Assembly: GCA_000708835.1 (NCBI GenBank)
Contig: DF237043.1
Location: 148,382 to 212,381 of the forward strand
DNA length: 64,000 bases
Direction of reading: 5' to 3'
Origin: Klebsormidium nitens
Lineage: Eukaryota; Plantae; Klebsormidiophyceae
Position numbers and translations under genes: made by a program. Under the pieces are notes generated by a model. It was not told the DNA's origin. It searched no databases and saw only the letters and a list, made by a program, of their open reading frames with translations. Below are positions 43,201-54,808 of the stretch, piece after piece. Within the stretch, counting starts at the first letter, position 1; each line of letters opens with the position of its first letter.

Positions 43201-45619
43201 AAGATTCTCGAGGAGGGCCCCAACTTCGAGAAGCCCGGCGAGTTCGCAAAGGTCAAGATCGCGTACGAAGCGCGCCTGCCGGACGGCACCGTCTTCGACC
43301 GGCGGGAAGCGGATGACGCTTTCGAGTTCACGACCGGCGAAGAGGAGACGATCACCGGGCTAGACTTGGCAGTGCAAGCCATGAAGAAGGACGAGAAGGC
43401 GGTGGTCAGCATCGCACCGGAGTACGCGTTTGGAGCGGAGATCGTGGATAAAGACGGCTTCTTGGCGCCTGTGCCAGGAGGTGAGAAGAGATAATTCGTG
43501 CCGAGTTATTGAGTCATTCGGGGTGCTTAGAGAGGAGCAGGAAGGGTGTAATGGCAGCACTTTTGGCGGTTGTCGAGCGTAATGAATGGTTTGGGAGACA
43601 GGGACACAAGTCGACCGCAGTCAACAGCTCAGGAATCGCTCCATCAGACTGCGAAGCCGACAGCTTTAGCGTCCACGATGGAAATTGGTTTTTCGATGAC
43701 ACCCGGTCTGGCACTAAGCAGCGTCTGAGCAAGCCAGCATGAACTGCACCTTCCTGCGCTTGGTTCTTCTTTGGTTAAGTTACCGCCTGATGGTTACCTG
43801 CTTTCCCTTTCCTTTAATCAAGTTCATCCAACCCTCCTGAGCTCCGACCATAAGGTACACGGTGATGCTTAACCCCGTTGCTCTGACCCTCCCCAGCTTC
43901 GACTAGGGAGTACACGGTGACGCTGCTTGAGATGATCAAGGACAAGGAGTTGCGAGAAGCAAAGCTGACATTTGAGAGGCTGGCGAAGAGTGTTCAACCG
44001 CCCAATGTTTACTCTGCTTAACCCAGTCCTCCTAACCCTGCTCAGGTTCGAGCGTGGAGTACACTGTGACGCTGCTGGAGATGACCAAGGACAAGGAGTC
44101 GTGGGACCTAAAGGAGACACCGGAGAAGCTGGCGGAGGCGGGCGTCAAGAAGGAGGCCGGCAATGCGCTGTTCAAGGCTGGCAAGTACGAGCGCGCCTGC
44201 AAAAAGTACGACAAGGTGAGGCTGCTGCTCCATGTACGCGTTTCAGACGGCTCTAGTTCCAAACCAAAGTTTTAAGCAAGCTTCGGAAGGGTCGGCGAGA
44301 TGAAGTGCAATGTATAGATTCCATGGCTTACGTTACGTTTTCACTCTCTTACTTTGCTTTCATGTACAGTCGTCAGTGTCCTGATTCACCTCCTCATATG
44401 TGCGGCGTCAGCTTTTGCCCCACTGAATCCGGAAGGCTCGATAGACACGACCCAAATCCCTCTGTTCTTCGAATCTGCAAGAGCTTCGCTACAGTGACTG
44501 TGACGACAAATCATCCTCTGATTACAAATTGCGCAGATTACAAAGTGCGCACAAAAAGAAAGGTTCTCCGTACTGTTGCCCGATCAATCACTCCAAGTCA
44601 GTGACCCATTCGGCCAGCAAGTGTCAAGTCTCAAATTGGCGAGATTGCCTTGTCGTGCAGGGGTTGAGCTACATTGAGTACGACAGCGCATTCTCGGACG
44701 CGGAGAAGAAAGCGAGCAAGGCGCTCAAGGCGAGCATGCACGGCAACAAGGCGGCCGCGGCGCTCAAGCTGCGCGACTGGAACGCCGCCATCAAGGCCGC
44801 GTCGAAAGTGCTGGAACTGGAGCCGGTGAACGTGAAGGCGCTCTTCCGGCGCGCGCAGGCGTACCGCGAAACGGAAGACTACGATTTAGCGGAAGCGGAC
44901 CTGAAGCGGGCAATGGAATACGAGCCGGCCAACAGGTGGGAACGCGCCTCTTGGTTCGCTCGAGCTGCGCTGCGACTTTCTGTATAGGATGCGTTACAGA
45001 CCTGCACGAATGGAATGACGTTTTACAGTGTTGTCAAAAGCTGCCGATGCCCTGAAACTGACTGTCCGGAAAAGGAAGGGCTTGCTTGACACCGTGGTAC
45101 GAGTGATTGTGGGCTGCTCGGACGGATTGCCTTGATCGGCTGCCAGAGATTCTTGCATCACTCCGTTTCCGAGAATGGGCCATTATTCGAGCATTCGAGA
45201 CTGCGGCGAACTGCATCCGCAACGAACCGTAGTCCATGGCCGGTCAATGGTTCAGCGTTGGCTGTGCCCTAAGATGCCACGTGAGTAACCGTCGAGTGAC
45301 GTCACGCCGCAAATGACCGTAAAAAGGTTCTGGCTTTTCTGACGTTGTGGCGTCTGCACCCGTGTGGTGCAGCCATATGCGGTGCTAACAAGGTACAAGA
45401 TACCAGTGTTAATGTCATGGCTGCATAGTCACTATTCCTTTTGAGTTTCAAAAAATAAGGGACTTTGATGATCCAGGGCTGGGCTGACGTGTGCGCGCGC
45501 GGTGCAGGGATGTGCGCGCGGAGTACAAGGTGCTGAAGCAGAAGTGGGCGACGTACCAGAAGCGCGAGGCCGCGCTCTACAGCAACATGTTCAAGCCGCT
45601 CAAAACGGAGCCCAAGTGA
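40299..45619 (+). CDS. FKBP62: Multidomain peptidyl-prolyl isomerase FKBP62/65 (ROF1/ROF2-like): 3 FKBP domains, TPR repeats and a CaM-binding tail, 7 exons
   Basis: Exons 40299-40566, 41518-41831, 42400-42578, 43165-43480, 44046-44215, 44661-44935 and 45508-45619. Motifs: VHYTGTLLDGTKFDSSRD, GQVIKGWD, KESWDL...KKEAGNALFKAGKY, LELEPVNVKALFRRAQAY, KVLKQKWATYQKREAALYSNMF. Confidence 0.95.
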
Positions 45620-45777
45620 GTGCGCGCGCACTGGGAGTGCTATCGAGGCAACGCTTCTATGCAAACGAAGACAATTGTCTTGTCTCCCTTCCGAAGCGGT
45701 TGTGATTGGTCCTAAATTGGAAGCAAGGACTGGTCAGGTGATCATGGAAGCCGTGCCGAAGAGATTCCCCGAGCCTC

Positions 45778-45981
45778 ACTGACAGAACGGATGGAAGGAG
45801 AACAAGGACTCCCGGCGGAGTCCTAGGTAACCCCCTTCTACTATAACCCGTACGATCGACGGTCGAAATCATCAGATCTGGTCATCCCAGACCGTCGATC
45901 TAATGGGTGTAAGCTAGGAGGGTCTCCGATACCGCCTCGGGAGTCGGGAGTCCATCTTCTTCGTCCTTCCGTTCCGACAGT
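45778..45981. repeat. About 204-nt imperfect inverted repeat (fold-back) downstream of the FKBP62 stop
   Basis: Nested arms: GATCGACGGTC 45854-45864 with GACCGTCGATC 45890-45900; GGACTCCC 45806-45813 with GGGAGTCC 45946-45953; and outer ACTGACAGAACGGA with TCCGTTCCGACAGT. Confidence 0.75.
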
Positions 45982-47397
45982 GTTCGCATGCGAAGCTTAC
46001 TTCTTTGCCTATGTGGCTGTCCCTTATCGATAGTCCGCAGAGGGCGTGCCACTTTGTTGTACTGACGCTTGAAGGCTGCTAATTTCTGCAGGGTCTAAGC
46101 TCTTTTCAGACTTGGGTGTTGATTCGAAGTTAGTCACCGCGCTCCCTGTCTCCCCCTCGTCGAATGGATGATGGTCCGACTCCCACTTGTAATCGCTTTT
46201 GTCGACTTTTGTACACCTTTGACCTTTGTCGCTTTGTGGTCAAAGGTGTACAGGACACCGTGTTGGATTCTTATTCATCAGAAGACCAATTGACTTTCCG
46301 AACTTGTGATGCAGGCCGCATTCAAACGGAACGAAAGTCGCGGAAGCTCCTGCTGTGAGCGCGGTGCATGACGTTGAGGCTCCCCTTGGGGCAGCACCCA
46401 TGGACACGACCACCGGTGCGGCAGATGAAGCAGGCTACTTGTAGGACCAGATCGTGTCTAGAAGGATACAAAAACGTTGAGAAATGAGGACCGTTTTGAC
46501 AGAACATGAGCGCCTCGACTCCAGCTCTGACGGACAATGAAGTACGTAGTTGGTTGCTTCGAATGTCGCACAGCTACTTAAACATGCATGTACCATCGAC
46601 ATGCAAGGCAAGCTTCGACTTAGTATTAGTCCTACTGTCCCTCCACTGATAAGTCATTCGTAATACAATTTCGCAGTACTCTGCAATCCGCGTCAGCACC
46701 AGCATCATAAACTTGAATTGAAGGACGACATGATCGGTGAGCTGAAATTAATTGATTGCAACCATCCGGAGAATTCAACTAGCTGTGCCACTGAATCATC
46801 GCGGCCGGCATGCCCGCGCGGCGGCGTGCATGCATATAGTACTGCAATGTCATATATGTCACAAGAATATACTGCATTAGATAAGACTTACGCGGCATGG
46901 ATGGACACGTACGATCTATATACGAGTGCGACCATTCTTGAGATTAAAGAGGTAGCACCCGGCCGTCAACTATGATCGAGCATTTTTAATGATAAGGGCT
47001 TAATTCGTAGTCCATGTAAACCGCTCGCGCTCGACTCGATCATGCAACATGAGCAAACCGTCCCATGTTCTTTGTGCACCGATCGGTATAACTAAACAAG
47101 CAACACGCGTAGACGGCGGCGTCACGCCTCACTGTCAGGTTTGACTTAGCCGGATTGCTTGCTGATCATCGATCAACCTGGCAAACCCACCACGACTGGC
47201 AACACACAGGTTGAAATGCTCAGGTTTGTACAGATGATACCGAAGCACCAAAAGCGTCCGCTTGCTTGGGTTCCATCTGATCAGAATCAGCTTCTACTGT
47301 CATATTCTTGGGCAGACCAGCCCAGGTGTTCCTCCAGAATTCTCATAATTGACCGGAATACAAGAACCTGTTCCTTCTAGACTAAAGGCGGACTGAT

Positions 47398-49621
47398 CTA
47401 CCCGCTGGCCTTTCCTAGAAACTCGACGTCGAAGATCAAGGTAGAGTTGGGTGGGATGACGCAATTGCCTGCAAAAACATGTGGTTGACAAGGGTCAGCA
47501 CTGCTCATCCAGGCAATAGAGAACGGCTCATCAATTCTGTGAACGTCAGCTTGTAATAGTGACACAGAATGACCAACCTCAAGTCGCTGGCATTATGTTT
47601 CTAGCGCGCTTCTCTGACAAGCAAAAAGGTTCCGCCTTTGGTGGGTGTGGATTCCTATCCCTAATTCCCGTAGCATAGCTTTACAAAGACACTGATCTCG
47701 ACAAAAGTTCGGCCAGTTGACGGGAGTGCCAGAGCCAAGCTGCTCTCACCTCCTCTACAACCAGCCCCCCTGGCGCCGTACCCGAGCGCTGCAGGAATCC
47801 TCAACACGCGCTTACCCCCTGCAGCGCACACGGAAGGTGACATGAGGGATGTAGAGGCGACCCGACACACCATGAGATTCTAAAGCTGCCCCATGAGGGT
47901 GTGAGGCCTCCATGGCTCCTAACTGCTGGAGAGCGCTCGTCCTGCTCAACTGTCTGTTTGCATCGAGGGGGTCGTTAACCAGGAGGGTATAACGCTAAAG
48001 TTCTTTGTATCTATCTTCATGCATGTCCATGAATGTTTCCTTCTCGAGAAGAGCGTTCCATCGTCAATCAAATTTACTTGCAGATTCGATACTGCTATCT
48101 CAGAAGAGCCCACACGAGCGGCAGAACCAAGTCCGGAAAGAAACTGACCATTTTTCAAGCTTTCACCTTCTCAACTGAAGAGAGAACGTGAAGACTGCCC
48201 AGACCATCCCTTCTAAACCTGCATGTATCATGTATCATGTATCGTCTCACCGGGGCTACCAAGATTCCATAAACGACACCCAAACCCGTAGATACCGTAC
48301 CTGCTTTCATGGCGGGGATGCCCTCTGCCCCCAGGATACCTTGGTCCCAGCCTTTGATTACCTGCAACCAGTGAACGGCAATGAAAACCCCGGCCCGCGC
48401 ATTGCCCAGACACTGAAAAGCTAGCAGGTGGAACACCTCAATATGGAAAATTGCACCAATTCGCATTCTGTTGCCCTTGTATGACGGTCAGGCAAATGCA
48501 CCGATTGAGCGAACCTAGACAAATATTTTGACCCTCCTTCCTCTCCTGCCGGACCGACCAGGATCATACTGCCTGTCCATCAAGAAGGACAGGGGTGCGG
48601 CGGTCAGCAGCTAAATGATGCACATGAGCTGTAAAAGTCGGGGGGCCAATGCCTTCTCTAGCTTTCCATGCCCTGTCCTGCCTCACCTCTCCAGCCCCAA
48701 TCCTGAACGTAAGCGGCTTCCCCCGGGTGTAGCTGGAATCAAACACCTTGCCGTTGGACTCCAACCGGCCAGTGTAGTGCGCCTGAGAATAGAGCAACAA
48801 CTGCTTAGAAACAACATGGAGCAGCGGCCGAGGAGAAGCTAGCGCAGCAATCAGCGTACTGATTCAACCTGAAAACAGGGGATATGCTGGTGCCAGACGA
48901 AGCCAGTGCTGCTGCCCTTCGGACTGATTCTCCTGTCTCTCTTCCGTCGTAACTTTCAACCAACTTCCGCAACTTCCTTCAAATACCGTCTGAGAAATTG
49001 CCTCAACATGCAGACTAGAAGATTGTGGTGAAACCCATGCTGTTCCAAAAAGTCTGACAATTGCTCTGCTTTGCTCCAAGATTCAGTGGTCCTCCTCTGC
49101 TCATGTATTTCGGGTCAGGATCAAAAATGGAGCAGACGCCTCACTTTAATGAGCTGCCCTTTCACCGGCTCCGCACCCGCGCCCTCGCTAGTTTCCTTGA
49201 ACCCTAATCCTGACGGCGAAGTTACGAAATCACCAGCCTCGTCTGCATCCGCCTGACTGGCCCCGAGACCTGCCCCAGCTGCGGCTAGCGCCCCTGCAAC
49301 TGCCCCGACCATCGCCTGTCTCCTGCTGACACCTGACGTCTCCGCACTGGTGGCATCTGTTGTCTCAGGGTTTGAGGATTTTCGCAGCAATCGGAAACCA
49401 GGAATCTGGAACTTCTTTGTCATGAGGTCCTCTGAGGGCTCTGATGCTTTTTGTGAGGCGGCCCTGATCGTCAGACGGTGGCCCGCTGTGTGACGGGGGT
49501 ACGGGGACAGGGCAATGTGGAGGCCATTGAAGAATGAGCTAGAGGTAGACGAAGCGGAGCGGCAGAGGGGGGAGGGGAGAAGGCGAGCACACAAGGGGGA
49601 GGAACAGGAGGCCACCGCCAT
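47398..49621 (-). CDS. FKBP13: Thylakoid-lumen FKBP-type PPIase, FKBP13 ortholog, 5 exons
   Basis: Exons 49621-49145, 48782-48687, 48361-48301, 47818-47750 and 47468-47398. A transit peptide and a Tat signal ([14 protein letters not shown]...SQADA) precede [49 protein letters not shown]...[27 protein letters not shown]. Confidence 0.93.
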
Positions 49622-50362
49622 TGCGCCGTCAGGTACAAGTACCTCCAGCTGACAGTGACACTGACAGAAAATATTACTCACAGTGTTCATTTGAAGAATT
49701 TCAGCCTGAATTGCTGATGCGCAACTAGAGAGCGGTGGGAAGCAGCATGCAAGCTGGAAATGCTGCGCAAACAAGGGCTGGCGGCCGGAGGCAGCCCGCC
49801 AATCAACTCGCACCGAAGGAAGAAGCCTTTACCGCGCGCTTTTTGAGCAAATATCTCGGGAAATATTTCCGAGACTCCGGAGCGGTTAGCAGCTTAGCAT
49901 GAAGGTTAGGTACCTACTTGCTAGCCCTTGCCCTCTTGAAAGGGGGTTAGAGAATCTAACCCAAACATGAAAAAGTGCATGGAAGGAGACGGTTGTTGAT
50001 GCACTGCATGTCAACTGATGAATTCGCTTGGGCAAGCCAGCGTGAGCCAGCGTCGTCCGTCCGTCTTTCAATTAGGTAATCTTTCCTGCATTTCTTCTTG
50101 AAGAAGCGCTCCTAGCCTAGGACCTAGGTACATTACTAATTAGTAGGAGAGAGCACCTACAGCTGATCAAGAGAAGTCAACTTTTTGCTTGCAAGCTGAA
50201 TATTGAAGAGCATTAGGTACTTTGTACTTTCGTGAGCCCCTTGTGAATCGACGAGCAGCAAAGAATAGTATCTAAGGTGCAGTTCCCGCGTGGAGAACAC
50301 GAAGTTTTAGGGTTTTTGATCAGACGCTTGAATTCTGGAAAACCTTCTTCACTGCAGAAGCT

Positions 50363-52477
50363 ATGGAGCAGAGCCCCACTGATTTGACTGGGGTACTGTT
50401 CAGCGACCCGCTGTGGCTGCAAAGTTTCCCTCTCAACAGGGCGACCGTCCTGGACTACTTTGCATTGTCGCCGTTTTATGATGCAAGTTGCAACAATGAG
50501 AAGTTGAAGGCGCAGGGGAAGGACCTGTCGCTGCTCTCGTGAGTGCTACGCAACTTTTCATGCAGATTTCTGTTGTTTTTTCCAGACAACAAAAAGAAGA
50601 TTCAACAAGGTGAACTCTACAGGCATAACAGTGGTTGCTTGCGTATCACTTTGACAAGCTTGGATGCAAAAGAAAAGGGAACGGAGCAGAGAATATGGAA
50701 AAGTCTGCCAGTCTATGGCAAGTGGTTGCAGTCACGCTGAATACCACCTTACATCCTGTGTCTTCGACCCCACTTTTCACTTTGCAAGTCATCAACACCG
50801 CATGTCCCGCAGGACGATGCCGTATGGCCCGGAGTACGTTGTCATCTCCGCCCAAGAGCCCAACCTGTATGTCATCCGGAAGCAGCTCCGGGTTTCGCCT
50901 GACAAGATGGTGCCCCTGGCGGCCTACTACGTCTTGGACGGATCCATCTACCAGGCGCCCCACCTGCAGGCAGTGCTCGGCTCCAGAGCGGTACGGCGCC
51001 TACGTTTCAAAGTTTTCGGCTCAGTTTGTCTTGGACAGCGTTGCTTGTCTCGCTGGCGCCTGATGGGGTTTAAAGAGATAGATTTCGCCCCTTCACGGCG
51101 TTCGGTCAGGAGTGGCAGACTTTGGGTGGGGCCCTGGTGCAGAGTCCGCTTCTCGTGAACAGTCAGAAATTCAAGTAGAGGTGGCAAATGCTCAGGAGGC
51201 GATCTTGGTACTTTGGAAGTGATGAAAGCTCCAGTTCAGAAGATGAGGGTTGTTGTTTGCCGGTGGCTATGTCACAGAGGGTGTCCGCCTGAGCGTTCTT
51301 GGATATGGAGCAGTCCTTTCAAAGAGATTTCATGCTGCCTTCTGTTCAACTGTTGATGAGCTTCTCACATTCATGTTCAGCTGGCAACATAAGCAGCTCC
51401 ACTGATAGCTCCAGTCAGCGACGCCGTTTTTCACAACTTATATTGAAGCGGGAAAACATTCTTGTCCCTGGTGCTGTTGCAGGAGCGCAGCCTGTACTAT
51501 GTGCAGAGTGGGTTTGGAAAGGCGGCCATGAAACTCAAGGAGCACCTAAGAGAAGGTGTGTCTTTCTACCCCCCCATGTCTAGTGCCACTTTTGCAAAAG
51601 CCCCGTCAGATATGCACTTTTGGGGTGTGCCGTTTTGAAAGTTTTGTTGTTGTCTTTCTGTTACCACATTTCGGCTTCTGCACCATGATTTCGCGACAGT
51701 TTGGAGCCTTACCAGTTGCGAACACTAGTACTTTCGAAACGCCGTTTTCAGGAATAGTGGGCCTGAGTGTGATCTGTACTTCGATGAGCTTTTGCGAAGA
51801 GACTATGCCCCTCTTCCAGGTCCTCTTAATCTGTCGGATGACCTCTTGTGACTCCTCATTGATCGACTCTGCTTCAAAAAGATTTTGAACTCACAAAGGC
51901 TGGCTCTGCATTTCAGACGAAGAAACACGGGACACTGCTGTGAGCCAAGCGAGGGCGGTCCCTGAGATAGAGCCTGTGGATCGAGCGGAGGCCTTCTACA
52001 TGGACCAGATTATCACGTCCGTCCTGAAAAAGGTGCGTGTCTCTCGGGACTGATCTGATCGGAATAGATAAGGTTCGCTGTTTAAGATGCAGAGTCACGA
52101 AACGGAGAACGACAATTCAAGCAACGAGATCTGCAAGCGTAGGCAAAAACCCTGTTCAATTCATTGGCAGTCGCAATGCTTGAGTATGAGCTCGGCATTC
52201 TTACTTGACCTACCTTGTTGCCAATTGTTTCATCGTTGTTACGGTATCATGTAACCCAGGGTCAGCCTGAAGGGCGTCTACCACTCAAACATACACAGCA
52301 ATTTCGAGTAGGAGACAAAGGTACTTCTGGTGTCAAGGTTGTTTCTGATGAACGGGTCCCTTGGTGCAGCTGCCACCTCCTGCAGGTCCTGTCGCTGCGT
52401 CAAACGGCGCGCCCGAGACTGCAACACCGGAGTCGCCAAAGCCCAGGGTTGATGCGGCTGCAGGGGTGACTGCTTAG
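50363..52477 (+). CDS. MED6: Mediator complex subunit 6, 5 exons
   Basis: Exons 50363-50538, 50813-50990, 51483-51555, 51917-52032 and 52370-52477. Motifs: FSDPLWLQSFPLNRATVLDYFALSPFYDASCNNE, EPNLYVIRKQ, YYVLDGSIYQAP. Confidence 0.93.
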
Positions 52478-54808
52478 ATAGGATCGATATCCTAGACGAG
52501 AAACGCTTGGCATATCAAGGTGAGAGTTGAGGACTGGTATTAGGCTGTAATATAAGGTGTCAAATGTCAGGGTTTGAAGGTTGCTGGTCGTTCTGCTGGG
52601 AGGCCGAAAAGGTGTTTGTGAGCTTGTTAGACTCGGCGCCAGCTAGAGATGGAAGCATGAAGAAGCTATCGATAGCCCGAGCGGGCGAGTTGGGGTTGCT
52701 TGGAAAGGATGCCGCCTCGCCAAGCCGCAAAGGTGGTAAGAGTGTATGCATGGTTATTCGTAGGGACAGGGGAATGACCTTCAAGCTGCCCAATTGCAAG
52801 CAAGCAGAGACTGATAGGGTGCCAAAAAACTCGTTCTGCGGACTGAAGCAGACAAAATTAAACTTGAGTTTTGGTGCCGGGATTGCATAATGCCTAAGCA
52901 TGACCGTTGTGCGGAGGTAGTAAAGACCAGTATGTGTGTAAAGCTTTGTGGCACTGGATCTCATGCACGTCTAGGAGACGCCATCAGTGGTCATCTTTGA
53001 AAGCCACTTGCTTCACTTTTAGCCGCAAGGAGTCGTGCGGCGCCTTCCAATTTGATCAGCTGATGCCTTGCATATCGGTTCAGGGCAGTGACTTTCATTT
53101 AACCCGAGGTTTTGGGGCTGTGCGGCTAGTTTCTGAACCCCCGATTTAATGAATCTACATATGTCACTACGCACCATCTCAAACGACCTTATGGTAGTGT
53201 CATATACGGTATCAACTTATGTGAATCGGCATTTGCTCAGTCGTACTCGATTGGGCACTGAGCTAAAGATTGTTGACCGGCAACCGAAACATGGCCTTGA
53301 AAGCCTTTGGCCCCGCCGGCTGCTCGATTGGAAGTCGGTAAGCAGGTCCGGCCGCCAGGTTACGAGTCTGCGCAGATCGCTCAGTATATACCACGTTTTG
53401 AATTTCATTTAGGTAACGTGCTTGGACCGCGGTATACAATGAGTTCGTCTACTCAGCTTGAGCTAGACTGTAGGCGCGTCCGACGGCCATCACTGGGCGG
53501 CAGTATATATGTACTTTACTAGAGGTCCCGGACTATTACTGGAGACCGAGCTGAGCCGCGCAATTAAGAGCTATCATATGCACTGCAGCCGCCCCGGGCC
53601 CTAGTAGTTTGGCGCCAGAAACCGCGGCGCCCGCTCACCATGGGGCGCGACCTACTAAGTTGTCACGGTGCTATCTAAATCCCGGATCTCAGGCTGGGCG
53701 CCCGCCGCGATGGATTGCATGCAATATCGACTTGCAAGCTTAATATTGACCGGAGGGACGCAGGGACGGTGCCGAATGGTGAGATCTGGCTGTCCAATTA
53801 TACACACCATGATCGACATGTTTCACTACGTTACAAAATGGTTTGATCATGATCATATGTGCATATCTAAATATACTTTTGCATCAGTACGTACATATAT
53901 AAAGTACATGGTCACCACCAGACGGCCGTCGACCACGCGCTTGTGCGCGGTGGCCGGCGGCCGTTTCAAAGCCCGCAGCGGGCCTGCAGCACCGCGTAAC
54001 GCAATGAGAGGGAAGCGGCCACCCTCGTGCACTGGCAACTAATTCTTGACTGATCTCGAATTGCGTAAGTTAATTGTTGTCGCATGCATAACCTTCATAC
54101 CGGGCGAGAAGATGATGCATCCCAAGCATGCAGCGCTGTACATAGCTCGAGATTAACCAGCTTCAAACAACCAACATGATCGAGAGATCCCTATTGTTAT
54201 GTACGCTTTGATCTCAGTGCTGAAGACTTCACCTAAGCTTTCGGTTCTAATTGATTGTACGGTCAGGAAACGCGCCAGTTGTGGTCGGACCGGTACTTCG
54301 AGCCCAGCCAGCTGGGCGCTCACTCCAACATGCGGTTATATGCATGCAGCATTACAAGCCGTTCCCTTGAACATCACAAAATCTCCTCTTGATGTAGAAA
54401 GAGCCCGGCGCGCCAATAGCAATTATGTACGTGTTTTTTAGTGTAGCAGCATTCTGATTCTGACTGTACTACAAGGCCGTATAGTACTGATTGTTCTAGA
54501 CTGCGCTGCTCTTCTAGGCTAGGATAAAAATGGGAAGTCTCCCGTACGGGGTTTGCGTTCTACCTTCGACCTTCTTTTGACCTTCTTCGCTACATCCAAA
54601 CGAACCCCGAACTTAAAGCAGATTTGTTCGAACCAATCGTAAAGGCCAGCTCACCACAGATTACGCTCCTTCCGAGAGTCGATTTCCTCGCATTGAATTC
54701 TTGCAAAAGCGGTGGGGCCGTCAAGCTAAGTCCTTACATCACCTACCGTACTACAGTAACATCGTCACAGAATCGGTCGCGCTGTCGAACTGATCCCTGT
54801 GATCTGAC

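Noticed and set aside
45614-45625. GTGAGT donor overlapping the FKBP62 stop codon, implying a further exon
   Set aside because: The protein already ends after the conserved CaM-binding helix, and the nearest candidate acceptor (about 45737) gives an immediate stop.
40299-49621. FKBP62 and FKBP13 as a tandem-duplication or functional cluster
   Set aside because: They belong to anciently separate subfamilies with different compartments and exon structures, in convergent orientation. Adjacency is most likely chance.
52564-52964. Overlapping ORFs of 108 and 134 aa after MED6
   Set aside because: They lie in the probable MED6 3' UTR and have no homology cues.
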